Below, in pieces: positions 35,668 through 44,310 of a stretch of DNA of 64,000 nt (its first letter is position 1; every line of letters begins with the position of its first letter). Under the pieces are notes generated by a model. That model did no database searches. It saw only the letters and a list, made by a program, of their open reading frames with translations, and was not told where the DNA came from. The stretch is from Candidatus Aenigmatarchaeota archaeon (lineage in GTDB: Archaea; Aenigmatarchaeota; Aenigmatarchaeia; GW2011-AR5). Both the position numbers and the translations under genes were made by a program. Where the stretch lies: assembly GCA_016198685.1 (NCBI GenBank), contig JACQID010000004.1, forward strand, positions 185,208 through 249,207, in the 5' to 3' direction.

Positions 35668-37421
35668 CCGAAAATACCTTTGAGGAGCGATTCAAAGAAT
35701 GCCAATATGGCGCTTATAATATTCCCGTTACCTTCCGGTGCATTGCTTTTTATTTCGAGAATGCCGTCATAACTGTATATTCCATTGCTCGCAACAGAGA
35801 CTTGCACAGCATGCTTGCCTCCGGTGGCAGCAAAAGTAAAGTTTGCCTGTGCATTGCGGCCCGAGTTTATTGTGATATCCTGTTTTTTTGAGTTCGAGCC
35901 CAGCGCAACTGAAACCACTGCAGTTCTTGAGGAATTAGCGATATTGGTCACGCCGATAGATATTGTGACATTCCCTTCAGATGCGTTTTCAGGCATTCTT
36001 ACATTGATTATGAATTCTCTTTCCCTGGACACCTTGACTGTTTTTATATCAAGCCCCCCATCGGAGTAGAGATAGAAAACATTATTGCCGGGCCTTGGGA
36101 AGGAAAACTCCCATTCTTTGATTGTGCTCGCGCCAAGATCATCGTTGTAAAAGATGAAATCCTCTTCTGAATCCGCAACAAGGTATATTTTCTCGCCCGT
36201 AGCGGCCGTTTCAGGCCCGCTTATTGAAGGTGTTGCATAAACTTTTTCTTCGCCCGATATGCTTATTGTTTTTTGTGCCGAGCTTCCTGTCTGGCTGTAT
36301 ATGGTCACAGGACATGAGTACACGAATGTCGGCTTGAGGGATTCAGAAACGTTGAAGAACCAGTAGAGTTCACGGCTTCCGCATGCGAATACCTTTTTGG
36401 AAGGCTCATAAGGCAGCAAAACCTGGCCCCCTTCGCTGGCGCATGCGTTCATGCGCAATTCAGCTATCATGCATGTGCCTGTTGTGATGTTGGCTTTTAT
36501 GTAACCTTTTTCTCCGGCGTTGAAATCTTTTGTTTCTATGCGTATGTGCGATACGTCGGACTCAGAATAATCAGCAAGGTCAAGAACATCGTCATTTCGC
36601 ACCCATTCAGCTTTCCCGCCATAGGTGCTGTATGTGAATGTCTCGCTCTGATTGGCATCCTGCTGATATGCGGTCACGACGTGCGTGGCATCAAGATAGC
36701 CCACTTGATTCCATGTGGGGTCAATAGGTATCCATGTGCCGTCTTCGGCCAGAATCTCAACCCATGTGTGACCGACAAGCTTGTTCTCTATTGATGAATA
36801 GGCATATCCTATCACGTATCTTGTAGGTATGCCGGAAATTTTCAGGAGTGAAGAAAGCAAGTTTGCGAATTCTACGCATACTCCGCGTCTGTTATCCATG
36901 ACCCAGTCGCTGGGCTTCAATTCTCCTGCAAGGCTCAAATCATACGTAAGATAATCATGAACAAACATGGCAAGTTGGGATGCTCTTGTCAGCGTTCTCT
37001 CGTACGGGAATGCTGCATCCCGCATCTTATCATTGAACGTTATTTGTGCATTGCCTTTCAGGTAAGCGTCATTTGAGCCTAATTTCTTCATTGAAGTGTA
37101 TATTGCGTTGTTTTTGACCGTGATTTCAACTTTATACGGTACATCCGCCGACCTGCTGCCCCATTCAAGAAGCAGCAGGCGGTTTCCATTGCTGTCATTT
37201 ATGAGTCTCCAATTTTCTGCGTCAACTTTCAACGATTCTATGCCTTTCTGCGGTATTGAAACCGTGAGATTTGCGGATGCTATGCCGCCGTTCATCTTTA
37301 TTGTGCCGGACTTGATTATATGAAAAGTGGCTTCTGTAATGCGTTTTGGGTTGATGGATTCCTCTGCCAATGAAAATGGCAGACATAAGAGAAGCGCGAT
37401 CAATAATGCGGCTTTCATCAT
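35664..37421 (-). CDS. secreted transglutaminase-like cysteine protease-domain protein
   Basis: Signal peptide and a transglutaminase core (RRGVCVEFANL...GHTWVEIL...IDPT, the Cys-His-Asp triad). The C-terminus is beta-rich and repeat-like. Confidence 0.7.
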   Translation of the reverse strand: MMKAALLIALLLCLPFSLAEESINPKRITEATFHIIKSGTIKMNGGIASANLTVSIPQKGIESLKVDAENWRLINDSNGNRLLLLEWGSRSADVPYKVEITVKNNAIYTSMKKLGSNDAYLKGNAQITFNDKMRDAAFPYERTLTRASQLAMFVHDYLTYDLSLAGELKPSDWVMDNRRGVCVEFANLLSSLLKISGIPTRYVIGYAYSSIENKLVGHTWVEILAEDGTWIPIDPTWNQVGYLDATHVVTAYQQDANQSETFTYSTYGGKAEWVRNDDVLDLADYSESDVSHIRIETKDFNAGEKGYIKANITTGTCMIAELRMNACASEGGQVLLPYEPSKKVFACGSRELYWFFNVSESLKPTFVYSCPVTIYSQTGSSAQKTISISGEEKVYATPSISGPETAATGEKIYLVADSEEDFIFYNDDLGASTIKEWEFSFPRPGNNVFYLYSDGGLDIKTVKVSREREFIINVRMPENASEGNVTISIGVTNIANSSRTAVVSVALGSNSKKQDITINSGRNAQANFTFAATGGKHAVQVSVASNGIYSYDGILEIKSNAPEGNGNIISAILAFFESLLKGIFG

Positions 37422-37466
37422 GTTATTTGGCTGGCGCTTATAAATATTGGCTGCATAGTATTAGCC

Positions 37467-38417
37467 ATGAACGATATATGGACTGAGAAGTACAGGCCGC
37501 GTCTTTTGAAGGATATGCGCGGCCAAGAAAGCATAGTTTCTCGGCTTTCGGCCTTCATAAAGGAAGGCTCTCTGCCCCATTTGCTCTTTGCCGGTCCTGC
37601 AGGATCGGGCAAGACGACTGCATCTTTGTGCATTGCCCGCGAACTATATGGCGAAAGGTGGCATTCGAATTTTCTTGAATTGAACGCCTCTAACGAGCGG
37701 GGGATCGACACGATCCGGGTCAAGGTGAAGGATTTTGCGAAGACGATCCCCATGGGAACGAAATTCAAGGTCATATACCTTGACGAAGCCGATGCCTTGA
37801 CACAGGATGCCCAGCACGCGCTTCGCAGAACGATGGAAAAATACTCAGAAACCACGCGTTTCATACTTGCATGCAATTACATGTCCAAGATAATACCTCC
37901 CATACAGTCAAGATGCGCTGTTTTCCGTTTCTCACCGCTTTCTCGCGATGAAACCAAGGCTTTTCTCAAGGATATAGCAATTAAGGAAAACGCGGATGCC
38001 GAGGATTCTGCTTATGACGCCATACTTGACATTGCCGAAGGCGATATGCGTCGGGCGGTCAATGTCTTGCAGACGGCTTCAATTCTCAAGAAGAAAGTCA
38101 CTGAAAAAACTGTCAATGAGGTGGCAGGAGGTGCAGATCCTGCTGCGGTAAAAATGATGCTCCAAAATGCTGTTTCTGGTGATTACAAGAAGGCAAGAGA
38201 AGCTCTTCTTGACCTAATACTCAAGCAAGGCTTCCAGGCAGAGGACATAATGAAAGAAGTATACCGGCAGATTCATTCGCTTGATGTTCCGGACGAGCGA
38301 AAGCTTATTCTCATGGAAAAAGCCGGAGAATATGAGTTCCGCCTGACCGAAGGCTCTAATCCTAGAATACAGTTAGAAGCCATGCTGGCGAGTTTTGCCA
38401 TCTCAAGAAAGCTATAA
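37467..38417 (+). CDS. rfcS: replication factor C small subunit
   Basis: WTEKYRP, GPAGSGKTT, LDEADALT and SRC motifs. The 316-aa size fits. Confidence 0.9.
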   Translation: MNDIWTEKYRPRLLKDMRGQESIVSRLSAFIKEGSLPHLLFAGPAGSGKTTASLCIARELYGERWHSNFLELNASNERGIDTIRVKVKDFAKTIPMGTKFKVIYLDEADALTQDAQHALRRTMEKYSETTRFILACNYMSKIIPPIQSRCAVFRFSPLSRDETKAFLKDIAIKENADAEDSAYDAILDIAEGDMRRAVNVLQTASILKKKVTEKTVNEVAGGADPAAVKMMLQNAVSGDYKKAREALLDLILKQGFQAEDIMKEVYRQIHSLDVPDERKLILMEKAGEYEFRLTEGSNPRIQLEAMLASFAISRKL

Positions 38418-38420
38418 AAA
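38413..38420 (+). promoter_or_regulatory. candidate archaeal TATA box for tRNA-Met
   Basis: TATAAAAA ends 27 nt upstream of the first tRNA nucleotide, which is typical archaeal TATA-to-start spacing. It overlaps the rfcS stop codon. Confidence 0.35.
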
Positions 38421-38446
38421 ATGTATTTTCAGTTATAAAGTAGTAA

Positions 38447-38581
38447 GCCGGGGTAGCTCAGCGGTAGAGCGCCAGACTCATAATTCGTCCGAAAAAGGCG
38501 ATTAACACTATGAGTTTCGAGCCCGAAAGGGCTGTGACATGGGATATCTGGAGGTCGCGAGTTCGAAACTCGCTCTCGGCA
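38447..38581 (+). tRNA. tRNA-Met(CAU): tRNA with CAU anticodon (elongator Met, or Ile2 if modified) and a 63-nt intron at 37/38
   Basis: Folded by hand: acceptor GCCGGGG/TCTCGGC (two G:U pairs), D-arm GCTC-AGCGGTA-GAGC, anticodon stem CCAGA/TCTGG, loop CTCATA|intron|A, T-arm GCGAG-TTCGAAA-CTCGC, discriminator A. It lacks initiator features (A1:U72, 3 G:C pairs in the anticodon stem). Confidence 0.8.
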
Positions 38582-38719
38582 TTCAAACTCATATTATTCC
38601 CTTATCATATGAATTATAATTCTCTCTATTAGATGCACTGCTTAAGCGTTGTCAAGGCTCTTGCCATTCTTTAATCATGCGATTTTCTTTTAAATTAATA
38701 ATAATTATTTAATTAATTC

Positions 38720-39469
38720 ATGGTGCTTCTTGAGAATCCGAGACTTCAGGATGCGGAGCAAGTGATAACCGAAAGCATACAAGCCGGCCGCATGACGATA
38801 ATTGTTGGAAAGTGCGTTGTTAATTATTACGGCCGTGCCGGTTCAGTGCTTCCTGAAGGCGAGAGGTTGATTATAATCAAGGAAGACGGCTCGGTTCTTG
38901 TTCATCAGAAGGACAAGTATACGCCTGTGAATTATCAGCCGACTGGCTGTAATGTTCAGTGCATCATCAAAGGCGATTCACTCGCCATAATGTCGCAGCG
39001 TAAGAGACCTAAGGAAGTTCTTCATGCATTTTTCAGCTCTATTCAATGCATAGCAAGCTTTGAGCTTCTTGATGATGAAAATATTACTCTGGTGGGATCA
39101 GAGCGGGATCTTGCTCTTCAGATATTCCAACAGCCTGATATGATAGAAAAAGGACTTAAGATCACAGAGATAGAAAAAGCGGTGAGTTCAGGAGAAATTG
39201 ATCTTTTTGGAGAAGATTGCGAGGGTAAGCTTGTTATTATAGAACTCAAAAGAAAGAAAGTAGGCCTTGAATCAGTAAGCCAACTCAAGCGTTATACCGA
39301 CGAGATACGGGGTGCCTATGGCAATAGGGCTGTCAGGGGGATGCTTTGTGCGCCAGCTCTTACAAAAAATGCGATGAGGCTTCTGCAAGCCGACGGTCTG
39401 GAATTTATAGAAATAAAACCCAGCATCATGACGTTCAAGAACGGTACGATGGGCGCCGGGAAACAATAG
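38720..39469 (+). CDS. nucS: endonuclease NucS/EndoMS
   Basis: N-terminal GKCVVNYYGRAGSVLPEGERLIIIKEDGSVLVHQ. The C-terminal PD-(D/E)xK is GEIDLFGED...LVIIELKRKK. The 249-aa size fits. Confidence 0.8.
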   Translation: MVLLENPRLQDAEQVITESIQAGRMTIIVGKCVVNYYGRAGSVLPEGERLIIIKEDGSVLVHQKDKYTPVNYQPTGCNVQCIIKGDSLAIMSQRKRPKEVLHAFFSSIQCIASFELLDDENITLVGSERDLALQIFQQPDMIEKGLKITEIEKAVSSGEIDLFGEDCEGKLVIIELKRKKVGLESVSQLKRYTDEIRGAYGNRAVRGMLCAPALTKNAMRLLQADGLEFIEIKPSIMTFKNGTMGAGKQ

Positions 39470-39502
39470 CTTTTTTTATATTGCGGCCGTGCAAATAATC
39501 GC

Positions 39503-40300
39503 ATGGACGTGACCAAGGCATCAGGCGAGCGCCAGCGGTTCCGGCCTGGCAAGATATACAACACGTGCAGGCGCGCAGGTGCTTCAAAAGAAATTACCGA
39601 CAAAATAGTTCAGGAAGTAAAGTCGAAGCTCTACGATGGCATGCCTACAAGCGAAATATCAAAGATAGTTCTCAGGATGCTGCGACCGGAGGTATGTGCA
39701 GCTGCCAAATATCGCCTCAAGCAGGCGATAATGGAACTCGGTCCGGATGGCTTTGTCTTTGAGGAGTTCATAGCGTCGCTACTGCAGAGCTATGGATTCA
39801 AGGCGCGGGTGGGGAGGATTTTCATGGGCAAATGCGTGGGGCATGAAGTTGACGTGCAGGCCGTGAAAGACAAGCGCTATATGGTGGAATGCAAATACCA
39901 TAACTTTCGCGGTATCCATACTGACGTAAAGGTCGCAATGTATACAAATGCGCGTTTCCTTGATCTTTCGGAAGATTTTGACGCACCGTGGCTCATATGC
40001 AACACGAAGTTCACACCCGATGCCATAGCTTATGCCGAGTGTCAGGGGATAAAAATTACAGGATGGCGATATCCCGAAGGGTCTGGTCTGGAATCCATGA
40101 TAGAAGAGAAGAAGCATTATCCGGTGAGTGTATTACGTTCGGTTGACAGGAAGACAAGGAGTCTGCTGGCAGCAGCCGGCATAGTGACTGCCAGGGCCAT
40201 TCTCGACAGCGGAGAGTCAGCGCTCAAAGAAGCAGGCATAGCTACTGACAAAACGCGGGCAATCATATCAGAAACCGAAAAAATCTGCGAATTACAGTAA
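39503..40300 (+). CDS. ATP-cone domain fused to Mrr-like PD-(D/E)xK endonuclease and a C-terminal helix-hairpin-helix-like tail
   Basis: N-terminal VTKASGERQRFRPGKIYNTCRRAG...EISKIVLRML is an ATP-cone pattern. FEEFIASLLQSYGF...GHEVDVQAV...YMVECKYH is the Mrr_cat pattern. The tail resembles AAGIVTARAIL...LKEAGI. Confidence 0.65.
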   Translation: MDVTKASGERQRFRPGKIYNTCRRAGASKEITDKIVQEVKSKLYDGMPTSEISKIVLRMLRPEVCAAAKYRLKQAIMELGPDGFVFEEFIASLLQSYGFKARVGRIFMGKCVGHEVDVQAVKDKRYMVECKYHNFRGIHTDVKVAMYTNARFLDLSEDFDAPWLICNTKFTPDAIAYAECQGIKITGWRYPEGSGLESMIEEKKHYPVSVLRSVDRKTRSLLAAAGIVTARAILDSGESALKEAGIATDKTRAIISETEKICELQ

Positions 40301-40374
40301 AGCAGATATAACAAAATTAAGATGAAAAAAATTCCGGGCGGTGCCTTGCGGACCGCCCTGGAAAAGAAGAATCC

Positions 40375-41406
40375 TTATGACAGGATGTCAACGCCAAGTT
40401 CGCTATTGGAGTTCTTGGATGCGCGTCTTGCGCCCTGTCCAAGTATGTATGGCGACTTCACGCCTGTCACGATGGTTATCACATGGATTTTGCCCTGATA
40501 TTCGGGCAGTATCCTTGCGCCCCACATGACCATGGCATCCTTGGACATGTTCTTGGATACAGTTTCGCCTATGGTATTAATCTCCTCAAGCTTCATGTCA
40601 TCTCCACCGATGATCTGGATAAGGGCACCGGAAGCGCCGGAATAGTCAACGTCAAGCAATGGATGCGCCATGGCTTTGTTGATCGCTATCTGCGCTCTGT
40701 TGTGGCCTGCATCGCTTTCAGCTTCGCCTACGCCTATTGTTGCAACGCCGCCTGATCGCATTATTGTTCTCACGTCTGCATAGTCAAGGTTGACAAGGGA
40801 AGGCTGGGAAATTGTTTCTGTTATGCCTTTTATCATCGTGGCTATCAGGTTGTCTGCGACGCCAAATGCCTCTTTAAGAGGCCTGTTCCCTACCATTTCC
40901 ACGAGTTTCTGGTTTTCTATTACGATGACGGTGTCACAGAATTCTCTAAGCTTGGCAAGGCCTTCTTCAGCTTTTACTATCCTTGCGCCTTCTATCTTGA
41001 ATGGCAGGGTGACTGTAGCTATGACAATTGTGCCCTGTTCCTTGGCTATGCTGGCTATGACTGGAGCAGAACCTGTTCCGGTTCCGCCTCCAAGACCGCA
41101 CGTGAGGAACAGAAGGTCGCATCCCTGCAAAAGCTGCTTTATTGTCTCCTTTGATTCTTTGGCTGCTTTCTCGCCGACGTCAGGGTAGCCGCCTGCTCCC
41201 AACCCTCTGGTAAGATCCTTTCCAATCAATATTCTCTTGTGGGCTCTTGTCACGTTCAGGTGCTTAGCGTCTGTATTAGCTGCTATAGTGTTAGCGCCCT
41301 CTATGTTGAGGTCTGTCAATCTTGTTATGGTGTTGCAGCCTGCGCCTCCACAACCGACCACAACTATCCTCGCTTGATCCATTTGTATGTCAAAATCGTC
41401 TGCCAT
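40375..41406 (-). CDS. ftsZ: cell division protein FtsZ
   Basis: GCGGAGCN and [15 protein letters not shown] tubulin signature motifs. The 343-aa size fits. Confidence 0.9.
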   Translation of the reverse strand: MADDFDIQMDQARIVVVGCGGAGCNTITRLTDLNIEGANTIAANTDAKHLNVTRAHKRILIGKDLTRGLGAGGYPDVGEKAAKESKETIKQLLQGCDLLFLTCGLGGGTGTGSAPVIASIAKEQGTIVIATVTLPFKIEGARIVKAEEGLAKLREFCDTVIVIENQKLVEMVGNRPLKEAFGVADNLIATMIKGITETISQPSLVNLDYADVRTIMRSGGVATIGVGEAESDAGHNRAQIAINKAMAHPLLDVDYSGASGALIQIIGGDDMKLEEINTIGETVSKNMSKDAMVMWGARILPEYQGKIHVITIVTGVKSPYILGQGARRASKNSNSELGVDILS

Positions 41407-41814
41407 GCATATTTCGCCTCCTATGTTTATTGAAATATATGTTGCAGTATAAAAATACTATTTATACCGGAAGCATATACTTCGCTTAAGGAGCTTCAAA
41501 AATAGTAACAACCAGAAGTTCATGCATGCTTGTTCAAATCTCTTGGTCGGGCTTTGAACAAGCTTATTTTTCTCTCCTACATAATATACTTTTCTATGCT
41601 CGAAGATTCATTTTAATAAAAGCCAATCCAATATCACTTATTCGAATCTAAATTTGGCGTTATTTATAGGCGAGATGTATTATAATGATGTGAAAAACGC
41701 CGAAAGAATAGAGAAACAATCAGCAGAAATGATGTCTATGCTTGTAGAAATGGAAAATTACATACATAAAGTTGTGAAATAGGATAGAAAGCTTCTTGAA
41801 AAATTGGCAAAATA

Positions 41815-42069
41815 TTAACCTATATATCCGTTTTTTAGCTCCTCTTCTATATGAATATCCATATCTTTATCTAGGTTTTCACTTTTCTGGCGGAGCCATG
41901 CTTCTATTTCTTCGCGGGTTTTCAAGCCTGCGGCGACTTCCACTATGAAATGATAGTCTTTAGCATAGTTCGTTTTCAAATGGAATTTATTTGTATAAAG
42001 TATGATTTTGATGAGAATGTATGTAGTTCTTTTGTTACCGTCAACAAATATATGATAATTGTATGCCAT
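41815..42069 (-). pseudogene. Doc/Fic-family toxin remnant (N-terminally truncated)
   Basis: HIFVDGNKRTT is the Doc-type Fic motif, but it sits at residues 6-16 of the ATG-initiated ORF. The frame stays open for 52 more codons upstream (to the stop at 42226-42228) with no ATG, GTG or TTG. Confidence 0.5.
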
Positions 42070-42286
42070 TTTGAGAAAGAAGCCGGCAAGTCCGGGAAAG
42101 ATAGTGCATAATATGGCAATAAATGCTACTTCCCATCGCCAGAAAATCAGAAGGTTGCCACCGGCAGAATCAATGAAGGCAATCTTAATTTTGCTGCTTG
42201 GGAGATGGCAGAAATTATAAAAAACTTACACGAAGGAAAAGCCATCAGAAAAATATCGCGTATTTTTTGTAGAAGCTCCTTTTGAC

Positions 42287-42748
42287 TTGATGTCGTTATC
42301 TAAATATGATCATCGTTGTATAAAAGTCGTTGTAGGGAACCTATTTATTCAGCCGCGCAGAATTTTAAATATGAATAAGGTTTTGCCATCAATAATATTC
42401 ATAGTTCTGATATCCTTGCTTTACTTTACAGGCGGTTCTTTGAATTGTGTTTCAGTTGCAGGGTCGACAGAATGCTGGTCGTTTTCAGACAGAAATATAA
42501 CCTCTGAATTTTGTGCTAATAATGCAACAACCTGTTTTGCAACGGTTAACGATCAGAGGTATAACGCCCATATATCTGTACTTCTGAAAGCCTGCGATAA
42601 AGCCAGAAATGAAAATTATGCAGTTGAGAGTACAAATGATGCTATAGAGAATACTTTGACCGGCCTATTTAATGAATCTATTGAAACAAGAAATCTATGC
42701 GATAATGCTGCTCCCTATTTAGTTTATCGGGAATACGGCTTTTCCTGA
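42287..42748 (+). CDS. secreted Cys-rich hypothetical protein
   Basis: The likely start is at 42371 (MNKVLPSIIFIVLISLLYF signal/anchor). Several Cys residues follow. Confidence 0.4.
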   Translation: MMSLSKYDHRCIKVVVGNLFIQPRRILNMNKVLPSIIFIVLISLLYFTGGSLNCVSVAGSTECWSFSDRNITSEFCANNATTCFATVNDQRYNAHISVLLKACDKARNENYAVESTNDAIENTLTGLFNESIETRNLCDNAAPYLVYREYGFS

Positions 42749-42793
42749 AACATAAACTAATTTTAATCTCAAAATAGCAACTTGCATAAAGAT

Positions 42794-43045
42794 CTAACGT
42801 CTCTTATGTCTATCTTCTGGTACCGCGTCAAATTCTTTTTGTCTGCTTTTAATCCATTTTTTCATTGTATCAGGATTATTCATACCATCTTTCATTTTTT
42901 TCATTGCTTCTATATGATCTTTATCATGCTTTTGATACATTTCCATGCCATGATTTTTGCTCATTTCGGCGATTTCATCAAATGTTTCGGCATGAAACTC
43001 TTTCTCACAAGTTCCTCCGAGTTGCTTACATGTCATTGTTTTCAC
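42794..43045 (-). CDS. DUF1059-family small protein
   Basis: The N-terminal MKTMTCKQLGGTCEKEFHAETFDEIAEMSKNHGMEMY pattern is characteristic of DUF1059. Confidence 0.6.
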   Translation of the reverse strand: MKTMTCKQLGGTCEKEFHAETFDEIAEMSKNHGMEMYQKHDKDHIEAMKKMKDGMNNPDTMKKWIKSRQKEFDAVPEDRHKRR

Positions 43046-43147
43046 AGTATATCACCTTTCATTTGGCTAATGGATGTTGATTTTTAATATATATTTACGT
43101 AGTGGTATTAAGCACAGGTTTTTATAAATTCGTCCCGAAGTCTTTAT

Positions 43148-43822
43148 ATGAAGATACTAGTTTTCTCGGCGCATCCTGATGATGCAGATTTCGGCTGCGG
43201 CGGGACGGTTGCAAAAAAAGCTGCTGAAGGCCACGAAATCCATTATGTAGTTGCGACTGGCGGCCAAAAAGGCAAACACGGTATAGACGCGTCTTCTGAA
43301 CAGTTTGCCCTTATGCGGGAGGAAGAACAGCGAAACTCTGCTGCCATATTAGGCGTGAAAAGCGTGATGTTCCTGAAGTTTGTTGATGGCGAGCTCGAAA
43401 ATAATGATGAGCTGAGGCGCTGGCTCGTCCATGCGATAAGAGAGAAGAAGCCTGACATTCTTATGTCCATGGATCCTTCTGCCCAAAAATTTGATAGTGT
43501 CTACCGTTATCATAAAGATCATAGAACCATAGCTATGGCGGTATTTGATGCCGGATATCCTGCAGCCGGGAACAATAATTTTTATCCTGAGACGGGAGAG
43601 CCTTGGACACCGAAGGAATTCTGGTTTTTTGGGGGAGAACCTAATCATCATGAAGATACGACAAGCTTCATCAATACAAAAATAATGGCATTGCTTTGCC
43701 ATAAATCGCAGGTCAACCCTGAAGAAATGGAAAAATGGGTCCGGCAATGGGCAGAAGATACGGGAAAGAACGCCGGAATGCCATATGCAGAGGCGTTTAG
43801 AATATTAAGTTTCAATAGATAA
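43148..43822 (+). CDS. PIG-L/LmbE-family deacetylase
   Basis: ILVFSAHPDDADFGCGGT signature, and HKDHR further downstream. Confidence 0.75.
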   Translation: MKILVFSAHPDDADFGCGGTVAKKAAEGHEIHYVVATGGQKGKHGIDASSEQFALMREEEQRNSAAILGVKSVMFLKFVDGELENNDELRRWLVHAIREKKPDILMSMDPSAQKFDSVYRYHKDHRTIAMAVFDAGYPAAGNNNFYPETGEPWTPKEFWFFGGEPNHHEDTTSFINTKIMALLCHKSQVNPEEMEKWVRQWAEDTGKNAGMPYAEAFRILSFNR

Positions 43823-43854
43823 AGCTTAATTAGAGAGCAAAAGAGAGGATATAG

Positions 43855-44283
43855 ATGGAAAAGCTGAAGAGCAAGATAGTAGTGCTCAATTCGCTTCGAT
43901 CCCATTTCTTTCTTGTTTTCAACGTGCCATTGCTCTTGATAATGCTTTATCTTGTAGCTTATGCGCCGAACGGCCATATACCCGGACTTCTTTTGATAGC
44001 AGGATTGTGGATTGTCATGATGCTTGTAATAAACAAGGTCGAAATACTTCAGAATTATGTGATTATAGAACCATGGGCGAGCGCGCTTTCTAAGGCCGGA
44101 CTGAAATCCATAATAGAAAAGAAGCAGATAAAATCGGTTGAATATCTTCCTGGTGGCAGGTTCACAGGCGAGATGATAATTAAATATGTCGATGATAGCA
44201 AGGAGAAGAAACTTTACGTGGGCATAACTGAGAATGGCGCAGGCGACATAAAGGTCATCCGGCACTTCTTCAGGAATAAATAA
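43855..44283 (+). CDS. membrane protein with possible bacterial-PH-like C-terminal domain
   Basis: Two TM helices followed by a soluble domain of about 70 aa. The antisense ORF 43648..44265 was judged spurious. Confidence 0.45.
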   Translation: MEKLKSKIVVLNSLRSHFFLVFNVPLLLIMLYLVAYAPNGHIPGLLLIAGLWIVMMLVINKVEILQNYVIIEPWASALSKAGLKSIIEKKQIKSVEYLPGGRFTGEMIIKYVDDSKEKKLYVGITENGAGDIKVIRHFFRNK

Positions 44284-44310
44284 TAATTCATACGACGGTG
44301 AAAATAAGCC

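Noticed and set aside
35150-35772. 177-aa and 129-aa plus-strand ORFs.
   Set aside because: They are antisense to the P-loop kinase and transglutaminase genes and have low-complexity hydrophobic sequence.
37418-37876. A 152-aa minus-strand ORF overlapping the rfcS 5' half.
   Set aside because: It is antisense to RFC-S, which has unambiguous motifs.
38484-38546. A possible box C/D guide RNA encoded in the tRNA-Met intron.
   Set aside because: I found no convincing RUGAUGA (C box) or CUGA (D box) pair at the intron ends. Only weak partial matches (UGAGU, CUGUGA) are present.
43648-44265. A 205-aa minus-strand ORF.
   Set aside because: It overlaps the 3' end of the PIG-L deacetylase gene and all of a plausible plus-strand membrane-protein gene. 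Its composition (Tyr/His/Leu-rich, no motifs) looks like an antisense artefact.
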